This document shows, in pieces, positions 27,223 through 44,451 of a DNA stretch of 64,000 nucleotides (positions are counted from its first letter, which is position 1; every line of letters begins with the position of its first letter). The stretch spans positions 18,166,001-18,230,000 of the forward strand of contig CM022676.1 in NCBI GenBank assembly GCA_012295275.1, given 5' to 3'. The stretch is from Chrysomallon squamiferum. Taxonomy: Eukaryota; Animalia; Mollusca. The translations under genes were made by a program, and so were the position numbers. The notes below the pieces were generated by a model. That model was not told the DNA's origin. It saw only the letters and a program-made list of their open reading frames with translations, and ran no database searches.

Positions 27223-28920
27223 TAACATTCTTAAGATTAAACAAAGAATCAATTTAAATATTTAATATGCAGTTAATGCCATTTCATTTCATTTCATTCG
27301 CTCTATTTTATTTCATTTATTGTATTTCATTTCAGAAGGTACAACAAAGAATAATTTTAAAAAGCCAGTACCTGCTGAAAGTGTGAGTAGCTGGATGTAA
27401 GTGAAGATTTTATAACAAAGCTGGGATTCTTTCTCCAGTTTGTTCAGACTGTAGTCAGCTGATGTTTCACCAGAAATCTTCAGAGTCAGGTAGACTCATA
27501 GTATCTCACACCAGAGAACTGTGTGAAATAACTAAAGTATGTGATATACTGAAATTTATAAAAAGATATACACTTAACTTATCAGTTAATTATTTGTGAA
27601 TACAAAACATCACCCAGAAGATTTTAAATTAAAATAATAATGATCATGATCACAATAAAAATAAATAAGTAAATAATACTAAGAAGTGAACTAAAATTTA
27701 GCAGTCATTAATAAAACATGAGCCAAATAAAGTGTTTCCACAATTTTACCTATTTATTTGTAATTGTTTTTATCATGCTCTGAATATTTCAGAATAATTA
27801 ATTAATGTATAAATATATTTAATTTCTTATAAATATTATAAAACTTTTAACCAGAGGAAAATGCTTTCAGCTCTGGGGGTTTTCAGGCAAATCTCAGTGG
27901 TTTCTTTTCTGATAAAAACAACAATGACAAAAGAGAAAAATAAAATTATATCTGCTCAGTCTTTGAAGCTTAATTTTAAAACAACATTTACAACAATAAA
28001 TAAATAAACAATATATATATATGATAATGAAGGATTGTCATTTTCATAAATTAAAAAAATAATAATAAATTAAAAAATAAAGATATCTACCTCTGCATGA
28101 TTGTCCAGTTTAAATAGAGGTGACATCACATCACCAGCGACAAACAAATAAAAATGTTGAAGGAAGATTTCCACTTTCAGCAACAAGAAGTCAGTTTCTA
28201 AAATATATAATATATATATAAACAATATGAACCCTAATGTAGTTAACATATTAATTATTAAACATGAACAAAATTAAACATGGAAAAAAAGTTCAACAAC
28301 TCTATAACATATTTATATTTATAATCGTGCTACACTTAAACTCAAATATTAAAATTATAAATTTAAAATTGTATGATCTCACATTTATCATGAAGAAACA
28401 TGTAACAGCAAATGTCACAAAATATTAAAAGTTATCACAAGATGCAATTAGTGATAAACGACTATTATTTGGTTGACCGATTTTTTCTACAAGTTGTAAC
28501 ATAAGAGCCAGTGTTAATTACTTTATCGCAAACATTTATTTCTCATAAAAGAATTGCTCGTAATGCCATTAGGTGAACGTATCGGCTTACCTTAATTTGC
28601 CAACTTTTATTCATAAATACTAATGCCACAATGAAGCCAGCGAGCACTTCCAGCCTGATATGTTAAAGTATCGCTTGTTAACGGAACAAGTTGTTATAGG
28701 AGATAACTTTATAACGAAGTATTTGCGATTGTTTTTCTTTTTCCATGCGAATATTAATTGGCTAAGGTGAAACCAGGGAACAAATCTAGGGAACTTTTAA
28801 ACCGTTAGGTTAAAGAATTATCGGTTGGTTGATGGAAACAAGTAGTCATGGGAGATAACTCTGTAACCTAGTATTTGCTATTCTTTTTCCTTTTCAGTTC
28901 CACTAGGGTTACTTACCCGC

Positions 28921-28965
<45 letters not shown>

Positions 28966-29489
28966 AATAATAAGTATTATTATTACTATTATTATTATAT
29001 AATTCCATTTTTGTCAAAATTCATTTTTATGGCTATTTTAGTTTTAAAAAATATATATATTTATTTTGAATGTTGGCAAATTAATCATTTAATGTAAGCC
29101 GATACGTCAAATTTATCGAACTATGAGCAAGTGGTTCTTCTGTTATATGTTGTAGAAAAACGAGGTCAACAAATATTTTTTGAGCGACTAACCCATATTA
29201 TTTTTTGTCTAAATTTCGAGCCTTGTACTTAACGAGATATTCACATAGCGTGCATAATCGTCAGCTTGAAAGACAGTATGAGTATGACATTTGTCTCAAG
29301 TAGAAAATTTGAGTAATAGATATTCATAAGAAGGAGAAAAAAGTAAGTTCTTGTGGAGTAATATTATTTATTCATCACACAGTCTGTTAAAGAATTATAT
29401 TTGGAAATCAGAATACTTAAAGGGTTAAATGAATTGTAATATATTTTAACTGGATAAAAAAGACTCATTAAAATGTTTATTTATTTATT

Positions 29490-29552
<63 letters not shown>

Positions 29553-29859
29553 TATTTATTAATTTTATTATAAAAAAAAAAAAAATGATTTTTTTTTCTG
29601 CAGCTGATACTTCTGGGAGTTCTACAAAACACTCCAATGAACAAAGCAGAGAAAAAGTATATTTGTTTTAATCATTAGTATTTTGTTTCTGTTTAAGCAG
29701 AAGTTAATTTTTAAATTCTCCTTCATTTTTATAGAGGACTAATGTACTAAAATTGTGTGTGTGTGTGTGTGTGGATGTGTGTGTGTGCGTGTGTGTGTCT
29801 GCTTATATTCTCTATTGTTTTTTAAATATTGGTCGTAACAAATTCACAGCTTTATTCAA

Positions 29860-30765
29860 GCATTGCAAACTCGAAGAGGGAGAACAAAATTGGCAGAAGA
29901 AAATGTAATCCACATGCCTTACATGTGAAGACAGAGAAAGGATAGTTCAGATTTTGCAGCATTTTCCTCAAAACTGTGACTATTTTTGCTAGGGTGAGTC
30001 CCAGGATTCAAAGGGAGTGATTTGAAAATACTGTCTGCATGTGAGACTAAATCTTCACTTTGGAGGGAGTATCGATAGACTGCTATTGCACAGGGTAAGA
30101 ATTCATTTGAATAATGTGTAATTTTTCTAACAGATTAAGTGATATTTACCAGAATGTCTTCTGAAACATTTATAAAGGAGTAAATATAATTTTAATGATA
30201 GTCTTATTTCTTACATTAATTGATTTTATACTACAGGGTGCATTTATTTGTTATTTTAACTTTTGTTTTCATATTTATTTTTAAGAAAAAGCTGTGTCCT
30301 TTGGAGTTGCTTGTCAGTTTTATGTCAAGGAAACTGATTTTTAATCCATTTTAGGTCCACATTTATCAATGTGTATAAAATACATGTTCCTATTATTTTC
30401 CCAAAACAGATCTGTGCTGGCAATGCAAACAGTGAAAAGATACAGCAAACTGCCAGTCTTCCAGCAGAAGAGGAAATGACAATGTTTGGAAAGCAATTTG
30501 AGTATCTACAGACTGTGGAAGCCGTAAGAAAATTTGATAACAGTTTGGTAGAAAAATGTAAAATTGTAATTTGTGAAGCTGGTTTAACCTGACTTGGTCA
30601 ACATCTTCCCAGTTCTTTTCCTGTGACTCACCTTTTTTTTTACCTTTGTACAGCAAGTTCACATTCCAGACAGCCAGAACCAGTTTACTTTCTTGTGTCA
30701 AGTAAATGTGGAATTTTTAAACTATGTTCTGAAACTCTGTCTGGATAAATCTATCAGCTGGTGAG
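29860..30765 (+). mobile_element. Decayed, intron-containing DNA transposase, probably Sola-like
   Basis: Broken frames read PHAL...DRERIV...G*VPGFKGSDLKIL...TKSSLWREY, then PKTDLCWQC...FVQQVHIP...PVYFLVSSKCGIF. This resembles invertebrate transposases with the D.C..C and FxQQVHxP...YFL..RKCGIFG motifs. The superfamily call is from memory. Confidence 0.6.
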
Positions 30766-30919
30766 TCAGTTAATCTATTAATTAATTATTGTATTTAACT
30801 GTTTTGTTATTGGTGTATTTGTTTTTTGTTTCTTATTGTGTGCTATTTTGTTTACATTATTATTATTTGAACTGTTATATGATTGTGCTATTTTATGTTA
30901 TATTTTTAGATTATTTAAT

Positions 30920-31010
<91 letters not shown>

Positions 31011-31766
31011 GGCGTGATTATTTAGAATATGGCTTATGGTTAAGTGATCCCTTTATTTCCATACAACAAAAAAAGTACGTAGGACACTGGTTACTATATT
31101 TATCTTCACATAATTTTTCATAATAGTCGACTGTAGTAATGAATCCACAGAAGTTTAGTAAAGTACAGTAAAGTTGATTCAGAATGTCTAGTTGACATAC
31201 TGCTTGAATGTGGTGCTCTCTCTAATACGGGGGAAATTAACGCATAACAACGACCTCGGAAATCGTTAGTTGTTTATTGTCTCCACATCTTAACGGTAAG
31301 GATTATTATATTTTTGTAATCACTAGAATCCCTTATAGTTAAATGCGTTGGTTTATACACTCACTGACTAAACGGTGAACGCTGTGTATTAATTACTAGC
31401 TGATAAACCTTATTTTTTATAATGCAGTCATGTTTCCGGGGTCAGTTCGGGAGACTTGCTTTCTCCAGTAACTCGTGAAACATGGTTCACATTAAAACCA
31501 ATAAACATTTGATATAAATTTTGGCGGTGTTCAGCCATTACACCATATATATTGGCTATATTCCGAATTTGAATTTTAAAATTAATTAATTTTTAAACAT
31601 AATCCAGATTGATAATTATATATAATGAACAAAACTGGTCACATGCATTTTTTATATAAATAAACAAATAAACAAGAACAATATAGATCATGTTTTGGAC
31701 GGCGTTTGACAGATATAGTAGTGTTTTAACAGGGCTAAAATAATCAGTTTTACTACTGTCAGGTCC

Positions 31767-31822
<56 letters not shown>

Positions 31823-31832
31823 GTTATTGTTG

Positions 31833-31863
<31 letters not shown>

Positions 31864-33134
31864 GGTTTTTGTCATTCTTAACTTAATTGTATGTAGGATA
31901 ATACGATTTATTTACTTTGCTTTGGTTCGACACAAAAAAAAATAACTTTCATCTATACTTAGATAAATTATGTTTGCTTACCTTTTTGATATGAAACTAA
32001 TAACTGTTATTTGTTTCATTTATATGTTTTCTTTCCTTGATATGTGTAAAAAATAAATGTGTAAAGAAAATGTATTATGCTTATATAAATATTAACAAAC
32101 TACAACTGATACAGGCTCTAAGCAAGTTGATGAATAAGTAGTGGCAATGTTTCTAGTAGTCAGCATTAAGTAAGCTGATAAACTAATATTGACAAAGTTT
32201 CTACAGTTCACACTATGTATGCTGAGAATCTTGTAGTGACAATGTTTCTAGTAGTTCACACTAAGCCAGTTGCTAATAGTCAAACACTGACAGTAAGTTA
32301 TTTCATCAGAAGGAAGAAACAACAACACGTTTTAAGCTTAGAATCAGATTTATTTACTAATCTACAATGTTGTATACAAGTCTGTGAACCTTAATATCAG
32401 AATGCGATGAACTTTGTATTGTCCTGAAAATGATCTTAACAAACTTTACAAAGTATGTTAATTCTCAGTTATTTTATGTGTCTAGTTTTATTTCTTTTTC
32501 TCTCATTTTTCTTCAAATATAACTAAAATGAATTTACTTTCAACATGTTTTCACTTTACAGAAATATGCAGTGAACAAGAATATGAAGGTAAGCTCTGTC
32601 TGTTGTGTTTGTTTGTGTGTGTGTGTTTTTATTAGTATTTGTCAAGTGTGACTTACTTTTGTCTTAAAATGTTAAAGAAGCTCTGTAAATCTTAACTTAG
32701 AGAATTATAATTTGATTTAGATATCTTTGTTGATGTCTCTGAACTGTTATAAACTTGAGCTTAGAAGTAAAAGACTTTGCTCTTTGTTGTAAGTTATTTT
32801 AACACTATTAACAAAACACTACTTTATCACACTCTAGTGTTGACTGTTTTCTGGTAAGAAGAAACAAAGACTAGTGCAGTTTATGAAATGTGACAGAAAC
32901 ACTCAGATGACAAGTATTAATCAAGGAGATCGTAAATGAACTAAAAAATATGAAATGCAGTATATAGCCGAGGTAAAACATTTTAAATTGTTTTAATTTT
33001 ATGTGTAGTTTTCTGTTAAAAAAATTTCATCAGTGGAATCTTATGAACATACTCTTTCGTGATTTTTATTTTTTACAACTTTTCTTTTTTATTCACTCAG
33101 ATGCAGACAGTTGTATAGCAGCAGCAGGCTGTAT

Positions 33135-33362
33135 CTGTGACATCAGCAGTTAATGTGATACAGTGTCCTGATCAGACAACAACTGCATTGCAAGCAGCCA
33201 GTGTGTCATTCAGTCCCAACCACGTGTACAGCAACCAGCAGCATCAGTGACATCGGCGGTTAATGTGATACAGTGTCCTGATCAGACAACAACTGCATTG
33301 CAAGCACCCAGTGTCATTCAGTCCCAGCCACTTGTACAGCAACCAGCAGCATCAGTGACATT
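33135..33362 (+). repeat. ~110 bp tandem duplicate inside an exon-like island
   Basis: gtgacatc.gc.gttaatgtgatacagtgtcctgatcagacaacaactgcattgcaagca...ccagcagcatca occurs twice. Confidence 0.9.
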
Positions 33363-35912
33363 GTTATTGTAACTGACACACCTGATATGTGATTTCTGAA
33401 ACAAATTAGGATAAAACAGACAAAGTTTGTTGGTGCTGGATAATGTAAACAGCAAACCAGTAGAGTTTACAAGAAGGTGAGCTAAAAGATTTATTTTTGT
33501 TATAAAACTTTATACAAATTTTAATTTATACGACTCCAGTTTAATAATAGAACTTTTTTCTATTTGTAAGATTTCTATTTAGTGGTAAAACTTGACTATA
33601 ATGTAAGACTTTAGTGTAGTTATAAAAATTGTTCTATTTATGATTACAAGACCAGTTCTGTTACAAAACTTCATTATAAAGTTTAGCCTTCAGGGGTTGT
33701 ATTTAGTTGAAATCTTACAGTTTGTTAAACCTCATTAAACAAACTGATATCTGTAAATAACTAATGGGCGGCATTTATTATTATTATTATCATTATTATT
33801 ATCATTACTACTATTATTATTATTATTGATCAAGATCTAGCATTTATTCTAATTAGCTGAATATTTTAATGCTTTAATTTCATAATGTCACTGTACTTTT
33901 ATTTATTTCAAAATTCTATGATCAAATATAAAGTGAAATGTTTTGTTTTATGATTTACTAACTAAGGTTTTTGTGTGCTACACAGTGAAGGTGTTCATAT
34001 CTGTGTTTACAAAATACAAATCTGAAGTATTTTTATTCATGCATACATGACATATCAACAGCAGAATATAATATATTTGTTAAAGATGACTGATGTGATT
34101 AATACCATTTTAGCAGTGTATGATCAAATCTTGTTTTTGATTTATTAGAACACAGTTCTGATTTCAACTTTCTTCACAAATATATAAATACTATGTTATC
34201 GTACTGTTTATAGCTTACTAATAATATCAGAAATATTTAAAAGAAATGACAGTCTCAAAATAAATTTGTTTTTTTATATGTGTAAGATTTTTACTTTTCT
34301 CTAGCTAGTTTTGAAATTTGTCCAGCAAGTACATCTACATGTTAAAAACAGAACAAATCTATTTCATAAAATATTCAAATTTTCTCTCAAAAATCTTAAA
34401 TATTCAATTATTATATTCCAAATTAATATATCGTTTCTGCAGAAACACAGTGTAACAATTTAAGATATATATATAACTAGGTTATAATGAAAAAAAAAAT
34501 TGAAAAAAAAATTGTACAATTTAATATTAAATAATTAATATATGGCAACCAGAATATTTCAAAAAATAAAGTGAAAATGTATAGTTTAGTTTACTTATTG
34601 AAACATTAGTCTTGATCATTACAGTAAAGTTATTAATAACTAGTCAGTAAGAAAAATAAAACCAAACATTATCTACATTTAGTACCAAAAATGAACATTT
34701 GAAGTACATGACATTAAAAATTAAATTATGCAAATAATCATTTTAACTGTGAAATAATAATAAAATAATGAATAATTCCTCCCCGCAAAAACCCCCAAAA
34801 TATATCACATTAAATAACAAGTTATCTCCCCTTAGACCAGCTTCATAAATTAGTACATGTAAGTAACATATAAATAAATGTATTTAATAAAAATGACTGC
34901 AGTAAATACATTAGAAATGTAATGGCTGGATTATAATGTTAAGTATAGATAACTATTGTTAATCAGTCAAGAAATTTTAAAAACAAAGTGGGAAAAAACA
35001 ATAATAATAAAATGATGATTTACAACTGTTTTAAAACTGTTTTGCTATCTTACCTATGTTATAATAATAATAACAATAATAATCTATTTTTATAAAATAT
35101 TAATTTTGATAAATGATGATAAAATTTCTACATATTCATGATATTCTAAAATAAATAATAATAAAAGATAGCATAATATATTTAATGTTGTTAATTGCCA
35201 AGCAGTTAAATCATAATGCAAACACCAACAACTAACCTTAAATGGATTCTAAGATATTATTAACATGTGTTATCACATGGATAAGAATATTCTTGCAAGA
35301 TAAACAATGAAACAACTAGACATGAAGAAAACTGAACTATTTGGGCAAAATTATTTGTATGAAATATAAGTATGTCACATCTATTTATGGACTGAAAAAA
35401 GTTTTATTTTATATTTCTATTTTATTATTGCCATTATGTAATTAAGGGTGTTTCTTACTATAATATTTATGTTACAAGTATTGAATATTAGGAATGTGCA
35501 AACGCTTCACAAATTATACGTCACAAAAGATGTGCATACATCTACCGTCACTCACATTTCGAGTTGTAGCACGTCAGATTTCAGTCACGTGTTTATCAGC
35601 AGACACGTTTATTAACAGCGACACACAGAAATTATTTCAGTGACGTGTTGCCAGCTCCAGTAAAACCACTCACAAAGAAGCACGTATTTTGTGTAAACAG
35701 ACAGCCGTTTTGAGATTTGAAGGTAGTTTGCATTGCATTGTGACTTAATATGTACCGTGCTATTATTTTCTTAAAATAAATCAGCAGTATTGAAGATGTA
35801 ATATGTTTCATTTAATATTTATTTATTTTTAGAGTCTCACTTCAGTGATCTACAGAAAAACCGTCAAACAGAAATTCTCACCAGGAAGGTCTTAAAGGTA
35901 GGAAGCATTATT

Positions 35913-36017
<105 letters not shown>

Positions 36018-36779
36018 CTCTCTCTCTCTGTAATTGTCTATCAATGGATGAGTGCGTGCGATTGTGTGTGTCTGTTTGAATAGAATTATTTATATCAGGA
36101 TTTGAAAATCGGTTGTCCAGAAATTATATATTCTTAACCGGGATGTAACGGTTCATTTTATTTTATTTTATTTTATTTTATTTTATTTTAATTTATTTTA
36201 TTTTATTTTATTTTATTTATTTATTTATTTATTTATATGTTTTTTTGTTTATTATATTGTTAAGATCTGTGATGTGATAACATTAAGGTTAGAGTGATAG
36301 TTCGGGTTGTATTAGGATAATAATAAACTTTGAGATAAAATTATCATGATGTTTATCACTGGTTCAGATGGACAGATGTAGAGTTCTAATTCAAGTAAGT
36401 AATATCAGAAACGTTGTTGTATTTAGAGATAATTCAGGTTTGGTATTAGTGTCGGTTTAAGATTAAATTTAACGTTAAGATTGCTAATTCCTGTAAACAT
36501 TTTCATGTAAAAATAGTATCCTGTATAAATAATATCCTGTTTAAAGACTATCCCGAATAAACACTATCTTTTACAAGTCATCAATCTGTGAACGTGAAAA
36601 ACCTGTTTTTAAACAACATTACAACTAACTAAACACCCTCTTCTGCCAATCTCTTACAACCCTCTTTGTTTCTGCAATGACATATTTTCTACACCATTTA
36701 TGTTCACCCTGTAGCGCTCTCTTTATCTGTATTGTCAATAAGTATCTTAATACTGAACCAGACTATCTGAAAAACGTTA

Positions 36780-37560
36780 TTATGAATGAAAGTGTCCTAA
36801 AGGCTAATATGAATCATACAAGTTAGAAATTCGCAGATTTTTTGATTATTTATCGTTTATATCGTGATTGCTTTTCATTAGTCTTGACCACCACACGGTT
36901 TCTAGTCGTAATTTGTTTATATATGAAACTGGTTGATAATAATAACATCTAAACAAATTAAAAAGAAACAAAAATAGTATATTGCTTAAAGAGAGCCAAT
37001 GGTTGATACATATTACTCTGTTCATCTAATTGTCTATATAAAATGGCACTTCCTGCTAATTGGAAAGAAGTAGACTTGATGTGGCGACTGCAGTTTTACT
37101 CTCATGTTATTTCAGCACTCCTTAACAGCAAGTTTCACACACACAAATCAGTAAACAAAATGTGTTTACAGTGTCGTTAATTAAAACATTTATTATATAC
37201 TTTCTTCCTTCTTTCATTTGTTTCTTCTTTTTGTCATCTTTTCATTCTTCCCTTTCGTTTAACTTAGCTTTCGTATTGGTCTATCATCTGTTCCAACCAG
37301 TGTTTAAAATATTATTGCATTTGCTTTCATCTACAATGGCAAACATAAAAACAAAATTGCTGTTATAGTTGTAGATGTGACAAGCAAACTGATCATTATA
37401 GTGCGATATTTTTTAAAAGACACGAAAAAGTATAATGTAGACCCGGACTTGAAAAGTATATTGTCTGACAACGTAGTGTTACTTACCACCAACTGTATGG
37501 AACGAGCCAATATTAACGTAATAATAATGTTAGCTCGTAGAATTGTATTGTTTTTAATTT
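36780..37560 (+). mobile_element. Possible highly decayed L1/Tx1 3' fragment
   Basis: Scattered peptides LPANWK, WRLQF, NKMCLQC and INVIIMLA in the expected order. Weak. Confidence 0.3.
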
Positions 37561-39908
37561 AAGAGTCTGTTTGTTGGTAGTAATTTTGTTGTTATTTTGT
37601 TTGTCATTATCGTCGTTATTGAGATTATATATCTTCTCACAGTTTAAATAATTTCACACGTTTTCTGTTTATTTCTACACTTATGCGCAGACACTGCATT
37701 AACAATGAATTTGTCAGATCATTGTAAGTAACACCCAGCTATAGTTTTGTTCTCGTGTGACACACTGTTTTTATCTGACCTACATAAGAAACAAGCAATC
37801 ACGTGTTAGCTCTATCTTGATAGACTGGTCACGTGAGTATCGTCAGAGAAATAAGACATGCACACGATAAGATTAGAAAAAACCTTTAGTATGCTGTTGT
37901 TGTTGTTGTTGTTATTATTATTATTATTATTATTTCTATATGTGTGCCTGTGTGTATGTGTATGTGTGTGTGTGTGTGTTAGATCTGATTTCTATATCTT
38001 ACTCCCTCAGAAAAATAAATACTGTTCGTAATATATAAATAAATACACATTTGTGGCAGAAGTAATAATAATAACATTAGTGGTAGTTGTAATGGTAGCA
38101 GGATATGTAATAGTAGAAGTTTCAATAGTAGAAGTGGCAGCAGCAGTAGTTGTAGCAGCAGCATAGGAGTAGCAGCCGTTGTTGCGAGAGTATTATTAGT
38201 AGTAGTGTTAAACTAATTCCATTATTGCTGTTATTGTTGTCTCTATGCAATATTTTTATGTATGTGATTATTTCCTTTTATTTTATATATTTATTAATGC
38301 ATTCATTTTATTTTATTGTAATTAATTAATTAATTCAATTTATTTATTTATTTGTTTCTCTGTTTATTTATTTATATCTCAATTTTGAATAGTAGAATTA
38401 TTAAACAGAAAGTACTCGTTTCAAAGAAATTACCGATTGAAGTTGGCATCGATATAGTTATAAACTAATAGTTTACTCTTGTTTTTCCGCTTTTCGTTTT
38501 AAATTATTATTATAGTTGTTGTTGTTGTTGCTGTTGTAACACGAATGTAAACAATGCAATAGGACTGCATTAAATGAATATAATCTACTTTAAGGGAAAA
38601 TGAGTCTAAGATGAGTGTACGTGTCTCGTACATGATTTGTTTATTATAATCTGACATTGAAATCTGAGAAGTGACACTTGATGACGTAAAGATGTTTGAC
38701 GTCAGTCAACGTGTTTATCAGTGGAGCTAAACGTAAACAAAGCAGAAGTGAAATAAGTCGGCCATGTTGAAAGCGGATGATATTTTATAATTTATTATGT
38801 TTTAATGATTCGAGTCTTCTTTGTTTAATTATTTTTAGGTATATCAGAGTTAGTTCTCTAACAAATAGGTCATTATAGTGTGAGGTGTTCTTTTATATTG
38901 ACATGGAAAAGGTTACGTAAAGCCTGACTTGAAAATGTATTGTCAGATAGCGAAATTGTATTTACAATTCTGGTGTATGGATCTTACGGATGAAGAATTT
39001 AATAATATTATCTCATATACTGACTTTCTTTCTATTTCCTTTTTATTTGGTTTATTGGAAGTAATTCGGTTGTGGTTGTTTTTTAATGTAGCGTCGTTAT
39101 TGATATTATTTTTCTTCTCATAATGTAGACCAATGCCTCTTTTATTCTTTTATTTCCGCACTTATGTGCACAATGTATTAACAGTGAATTTATCACATCG
39201 TCCTCAAGGATATATAAATTTTAAACTTGTCTTTTGTATGTTTTTATTATTATTATTATTATTACTACCCTATTATTTATTAAGGGCTTTTGCTATATGT
39301 TTTATTTTATTTTTAGATCGGTTATACCTGCACTCTATAGTTGAGGTTAAACAGAAAGTAGTCGCTTATCAGAAATTATCGATCAGGAAGTTTTGAGGTA
39401 GGTAACCACATTGAAATTACAATGTATTTTTTATTGTTTCTACTTTCCCATCCCATCTTCTTTCTCTATTTTTTCTTATTTTCTTACTTTTTTCTTACAT
39501 AATGTTTCGTTTTAGATGTGTCAGAGACTGAAAATTTTGTAGTCTTTTCGAGGAGTAAATTGATATAAATGGCCATAAGTACATTGCTATTTGAAATTCG
39601 TTTGTTTACCTGATGTGACCAGACATGTCTGTTTATAATAATAATGATAATAATAATTAATGTTGTCGTCGACACCATCATATTAATCGTTCATATAAGC
39701 ATAATTTATTTCTTTTTATAGTGTATCGGTTTTCTATATGTTTATTCGTTTTCTTTTATTTCCCTTTTCCTTTTCCGTTTTATTATTTTTTTTATTTTTT
39801 ATTTTTATTTTTTTTTCGCTGTAAGAATTGTTATAGTTCAATGTGTGAACAATTTCTTTCTCTCCCCATTCCATTATTATCATTATTATTATTATTATTA
39901 TTATTATG

Positions 39909-39956
<48 letters not shown>

Positions 39957-40157
39957 GAAAAACGGGCTTCACTTTACGACAAAATGTAAAAATTTTGGAC
40001 TTTTTTATTCAGAGCCGCTATTCCTAAGTTTGGTTAGGAGATTTACTCTTATTTTATTTGACCTGTCCATAACAACACATTCTACTCCACAAAACTGTAA
40101 ATAAAAGCTGCTGAATTTTTGTCTTCTTATTTAACCTGAGTGTTCATCCGTTCCAAC

Positions 40158-40713
40158 CAGAGCTGGATGAAGCAAACGCGGGGTCCGTACAAAACATAAC
40201 ATAGGCCCCTATACTAGCTAGTTACAAAAATAAACGTCCCTCCCTCAACCCGCGGCCACTATTATCATAGCTTTACATAGAGCATAGATACACCTTCATG
40301 TTTGAACAATCAGTCAGATGTATTGTAGAAACAAAAGGAATCGTGTCAACAGTATAGAAAATCGCTATAATATAACTGCGTGTATGCTCCGAAAACGTGG
40401 GTCAAAGTGTAGTCCAGTAGACAAGTGTGATTCAAGCTTAGATTAAGTTATATATCGCGCCTTCGAGATTTTATATGAGCAAAGCCTTTTCTAATGGAAG
40501 TAGTGTCAAAAGTTCTCAACAACTCACATTCGATGCTCATCAACGTCAGCATTTTTAAACGTTTTTCTGCCGTCGTCGTTCTTTCTGCAATTTGTACCCT
40601 GCGCAATTTGGAAAACAAGTGATTAAAGAAAAAAGAAGAAAAGAAAAAGGTGACCCTCGGGGCCACTGAACACGAACATTTGCTACAACTGCTACGTTGT
40701 TAATCCGGCTCTG
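40158..40713. mobile_element. ~556 bp hAT-type MITE
   Basis: TIR cagagctggatgaa vs reverse complement of the right end cagagccggattaa. Flanks gttccaac / ttcccaac are an imperfect 8 bp TSD. Confidence 0.7.
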
Positions 40714-41099
40714 TTCCCAACCACTGTCTCACGCCATGTATAACAACTAATTATTATTATATTTCTTTTTATCCAAACAGTGTAAAACATAAAGACATTC
40801 TTCTTGTTGATGATATGTGTGTAACATGTAGTGCGCCTGTAAGCTACTTTCTAACCATTACAGAATTTGTGTCACTTATAAAACAAAACAAGTGGTGTTA
40901 ATCACTCATTATTCATAATAACTTTTCTATACAGCAAAGACAGGATCTTGTAATAACGACAACAACAATAAGGATGATAACAGTAATAGTAATATTAACG
41001 ACAATAAGAACAACAACGATAATAACAATAAATAAACAAATACATAAATAATTAACATAATAATAACAATAATAACGAATTAATTTTCTAAAATAACTG

Positions 41100-43930
<2,831 letters not shown>

Positions 43931-44396
43931 TGTAACACATTAGGGCTTCATTCATTTTTGCTTTTGAGTCAGTTTATAGCAAAACAAAATCGTTGATATA
44001 CACGAATCCCTACTGAAATAAATGTGTTAGATATACGTGTTATATGTACGTGTTACCTTCTTCCACTCAAGATAACTAAACACACTCGATCTTAGATATT
44101 TTCAGTAAAAGATATTGTTACTTATCTTAACAACAAATAAGTAATTGGTATTATATGATATAAAATGTTCAGAGAAATTTTTATTTTGTAATGTGTCTAG
44201 TAAATTTAATGCATATGTTTTGATTATGTAAACAACTTCAGACATTCTCTAAATATATCATAACAATTTAGCGACAGAAAATGCAAAAATATGCAGTTTT
44301 AAATTACTTTTCTGTTTATGCACTTTTGTATGTTTCTTACAGTAACACATATTTTAATTTATTTGACAAACATTTACTACTAGGAATGTCTAGAAC

Positions 44397-44451
<55 letters not shown>

